Source: Tubulanus polymorphus (lineage: Eukaryota; Animalia; Nemertea). Taken from it: a stretch of DNA of 64,000 bases. The position numbers were made by a program, and so were the translations under genes. Position 1 is the stretch's first letter. Each line of letters starts with the position of its first letter. Location: contig NW_027437458.1 of assembly GCF_964204645.1 (NCBI RefSeq), forward strand, positions 1 to 64,000. The letters run 5' to 3'. Below are positions 61,449-64,000 of this stretch, piece by piece. The notes under the pieces are model-generated. The model saw only the letters and a program-made list of their open reading frames with translations, was not told the DNA's origin and did not search any database.

Positions 61449-63290
61449 TTAGGGTTTTCTGTTATTTCACAGAAAACCCTATTGATATCCCCGTGATTAT
61501 TATTATTATTATTTTCTTCCACACTATTTTTACTAAAAGAACAAAGGCTTTGTTACCTTGCCGCTGTTGTCGATACAATCCGTCTGATATCATTCAGCTC
61601 ACTTCGATCTACAAATAACCCGTGCGTATTTTGAAGAATCATCGTTACAAAAGCACTGTCGGGCCGTAAACATCGAAAATTGAGCCCCATTCAAAGAGCC
61701 GACATGTTTTTCTAAGTCCTCTTTCCGAAATCTACCGCACGTTTCTTGTCACATCAATTATCAATTCAAGCATAAATTAACAAATTTATTACCCAAAGAT
61801 GGCACATTCTGTCGCGGTTTTTAAAAACTAATTTTAACAACAGCCCATTTTCCTCATCAAATCGTATTACCGATATACAGGAAATTTACTACTTTAGATT
61901 TTAAAAGCACTGTCGAGCCGTAAACGTGGCACTACATCGTCGTTCCGGGGATCAGCTGCGAGTTTCACCTCATCATGAGAATCAAATCGAGTACAAATTG
62001 ATTTATTACTACCAGTGATTTGGCTGCGGGCGTCAAGCAGTTAGTTTAGCAATACCTATTTTTCTTTATCAAATTAACCGTGTAGCCTATTTACTAAGAT
62101 AAATCATAAGTGTACCGGGGAGTCGTAGGCCTAAACGAAATACGCCGAAGAGATATAGCGGAGAAAAGCTGTTATGTCGACGAGGTATCAAAATAAAAGA
62201 ATACATTACTTTATTCGGCCGCGGGCTTCAACCTCTATATCAATACCATCAATACTCTATATTTCCTACAGTACATACCGATCATTGTCAAATGCACAAG
62301 GTATTTACTAAATACAAGTATATAACACAATCCTTTCCGTATGCTGGACTCACACTTGACATTCGGAGTAAGCTTTCGCTGTGGGGGAAAGGGATCGTTC
62401 GCTGTGTCGCTTGAAGTGTTTATCGAGTTTGACGCGGCTTTAGGCCTACCGGTACTGAGCTTTACTGTCTCAAACAAACACAGTATAATTGTTGCGTTTA
62501 TTAACGGACTCATTGGATTGAACTTTACAAAATTTACGATATTTAGGAGGGTTGTTATTCAATAGGCCTACGACCAATCTGTCCGGATGTTAGGCCTACA
62601 TAGGCTAGTAGCCTCTACTAGGTTAAGCGTTCGCTGTGGGGGAAAGGAGATCGTTCGCTGTGTCGCTTGAAGTGTTTATCGAGTTTTACGCGACCTTAAG
62701 GCTTTAGTATGGTGGCTGATAAGGGCCATGCGTAAAAAAAACACGTATATGCAAATGAGGGCGACATTATGACAAAACGACAAAACTAAAATAACGCGAC
62801 AAAACAATAATTTTGGTTTTGTCGCCCGCGACAATTCATTATTTTGGTTTTATCGCCCGTGACAATTCATTATTTTGGTTTTATCGCCCGCGACAATTCA
62901 TTAATTTGGTTTTGTCACCCGCGACAAATCAATATTTTGGTTTTATCGCCCGCGACAATTCATTATTTTGGTTTTATCGCCCGCAACAATTTTTTTTTTG
63001 TCGCGGTGTTATCGCCTGCGACAATTCATTATTTTGGTTTTATCGCCCGCAACAATTCATTAGTTTGGTTTTATCGCCCGCGACAATTCATTACTTTGGT
63101 TTTGTCGCCCGCGACAATTCAATATTTTGGTTTTGTCGCCCACGACAATTCAAGATTTTGGTTTTATTGCCCGCGACAATTCATTTTTTTGGTTTTGTCG
63201 CCCGTGACAATTCAATATTTTGGTTTTATCGCCAGCAACTATTGATTATTTTGGTTTTATCGCCCGCGACAATTTTTTTGGTTTTGTTGA
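61449..63290 (+). mobile_element. HINE family C copy
   Basis: Head agggttttctg..cagaaaaccct + (att)n; body shared with 31575-33150 and 23600-23845; ends in the 31-bp array. Confidence 0.7.
62810..63285. repeat. 31-bp tandem array (opposite orientation to 22005-23607)
   Basis: Unit ttttggttttatcgcccgcgacaattcatta. Confidence 0.95.
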
Positions 63291-63520
63291 CCACTTTATT
63301 AGCTTTTGAATAATTAGGCCAATTAATAACGTAATAAAGACTTATGCTTTCGCCTATTTGTCGATTAATCTGATATAGTGTCGAATATTAAGGTCATTTT
63401 GGCAGATTCTTTTTTTTTTTTAAAGTGATATTAAAGCGATCATTCAAGTGATCCTACTTAATGAAAGATCACATATTATTCCTTTTTCTAAAGATGTACG
63501 GAAGCTTATATGTCAAAAGC

Positions 63521-63919
63521 GATAAAGGGCCTCGAGTTGTCGCGTTCCAACTCGACAAGTCGCTATATTTATGTCGACATATCGCGATATATCGCATCAA
63601 GTCGACATGAATATGTCGACATATCGAGACGGTTTCACGACAAATTTCGCTTTTTCGCCCATTTTCCACGGGACAAGGCGTCATTTGAAGACACGTCGAA
63701 ATATAAGATGAGGACGCCAGTTATATGGCGACTGAGTTTCAAGTCGTCATGAATATGTCGAATTGTTGCGAGGAAAATGGTTGAGAAAACGAAATATGTC
63801 GTCAAAGCGTCACAATATGTCGACATATTCATGTCGACTTGAAGCAATATATCGCGATATGTCGACATAAATATGGCGACTTTGTCGAGTTGGAACGCGA
63901 CAACTCGAGGCCCTTTATC
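63521..63919. mobile_element. Foldback MITE (Harbinger-like AGGGCC ends)
   Basis: gataaagggcctcgagttgtcgcgttccaactcgac / gtcgagttggaacgcgacaactcgaggccctttatc; arms of about 100 bp. Confidence 0.75.
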
Positions 63920-64000
63920 ACTTCCGTACTTCCGTATATATGGGACCCGTACAAAACCGTCGCGACCTGTCATTGATACTGTTTCCTAATAGCCTGTTTA

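Noticed and set aside
61445-61522. N-terminus (MEENNNNNN...) of the 279-aa LINE ORF
   Set aside because: It is translated HINE head and (att)n sequence fused by insertion; LINE sequence starts at ~61444.

Overview
AT-rich animal (probably invertebrate) genomic DNA made almost entirely of nested transposable elements. No host protein-coding gene, rRNA, intact tRNA or CRISPR array is recognisable. Main contents, left to right: (1) a cluster of foldback/MITE elements at 0-6.4 kb (P-like CACAGGG ends, piggyBac-like, hAT-like); (2) a full-length 7-kb Helitron (8919-15882, minus) inserted in a Kolobok-like element, with a disabled RepHel gene, an intact accessory ORF and a tRNA-derived cassette; (3) several families of Helentron-associated (HINE/DINE-1-like) non-autonomous elements carrying 31-bp and ~155-bp tandem arrays, often joined head-to-tail; (4) a 7.7-kb pogo/Fot-like DD35D transposon whose transposase has about 11 exons; (5) a Penelope element; (6) a 5'-truncated DIRS1-like retrotransposon; (7) a Gypsy integrase fragment; (8) an L2/Crack-type LINE interrupted by an apparently intact piggyBac. 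I found no clearly new gene system. The most interesting signals are TA-anchored palindromic micro-insertions that look like excision footprints, the intron-rich pogo transposase, the Helitron cargo, the head-to-tail HINE junctions and the unusual piggyBac ends. All coordinates were read by eye.
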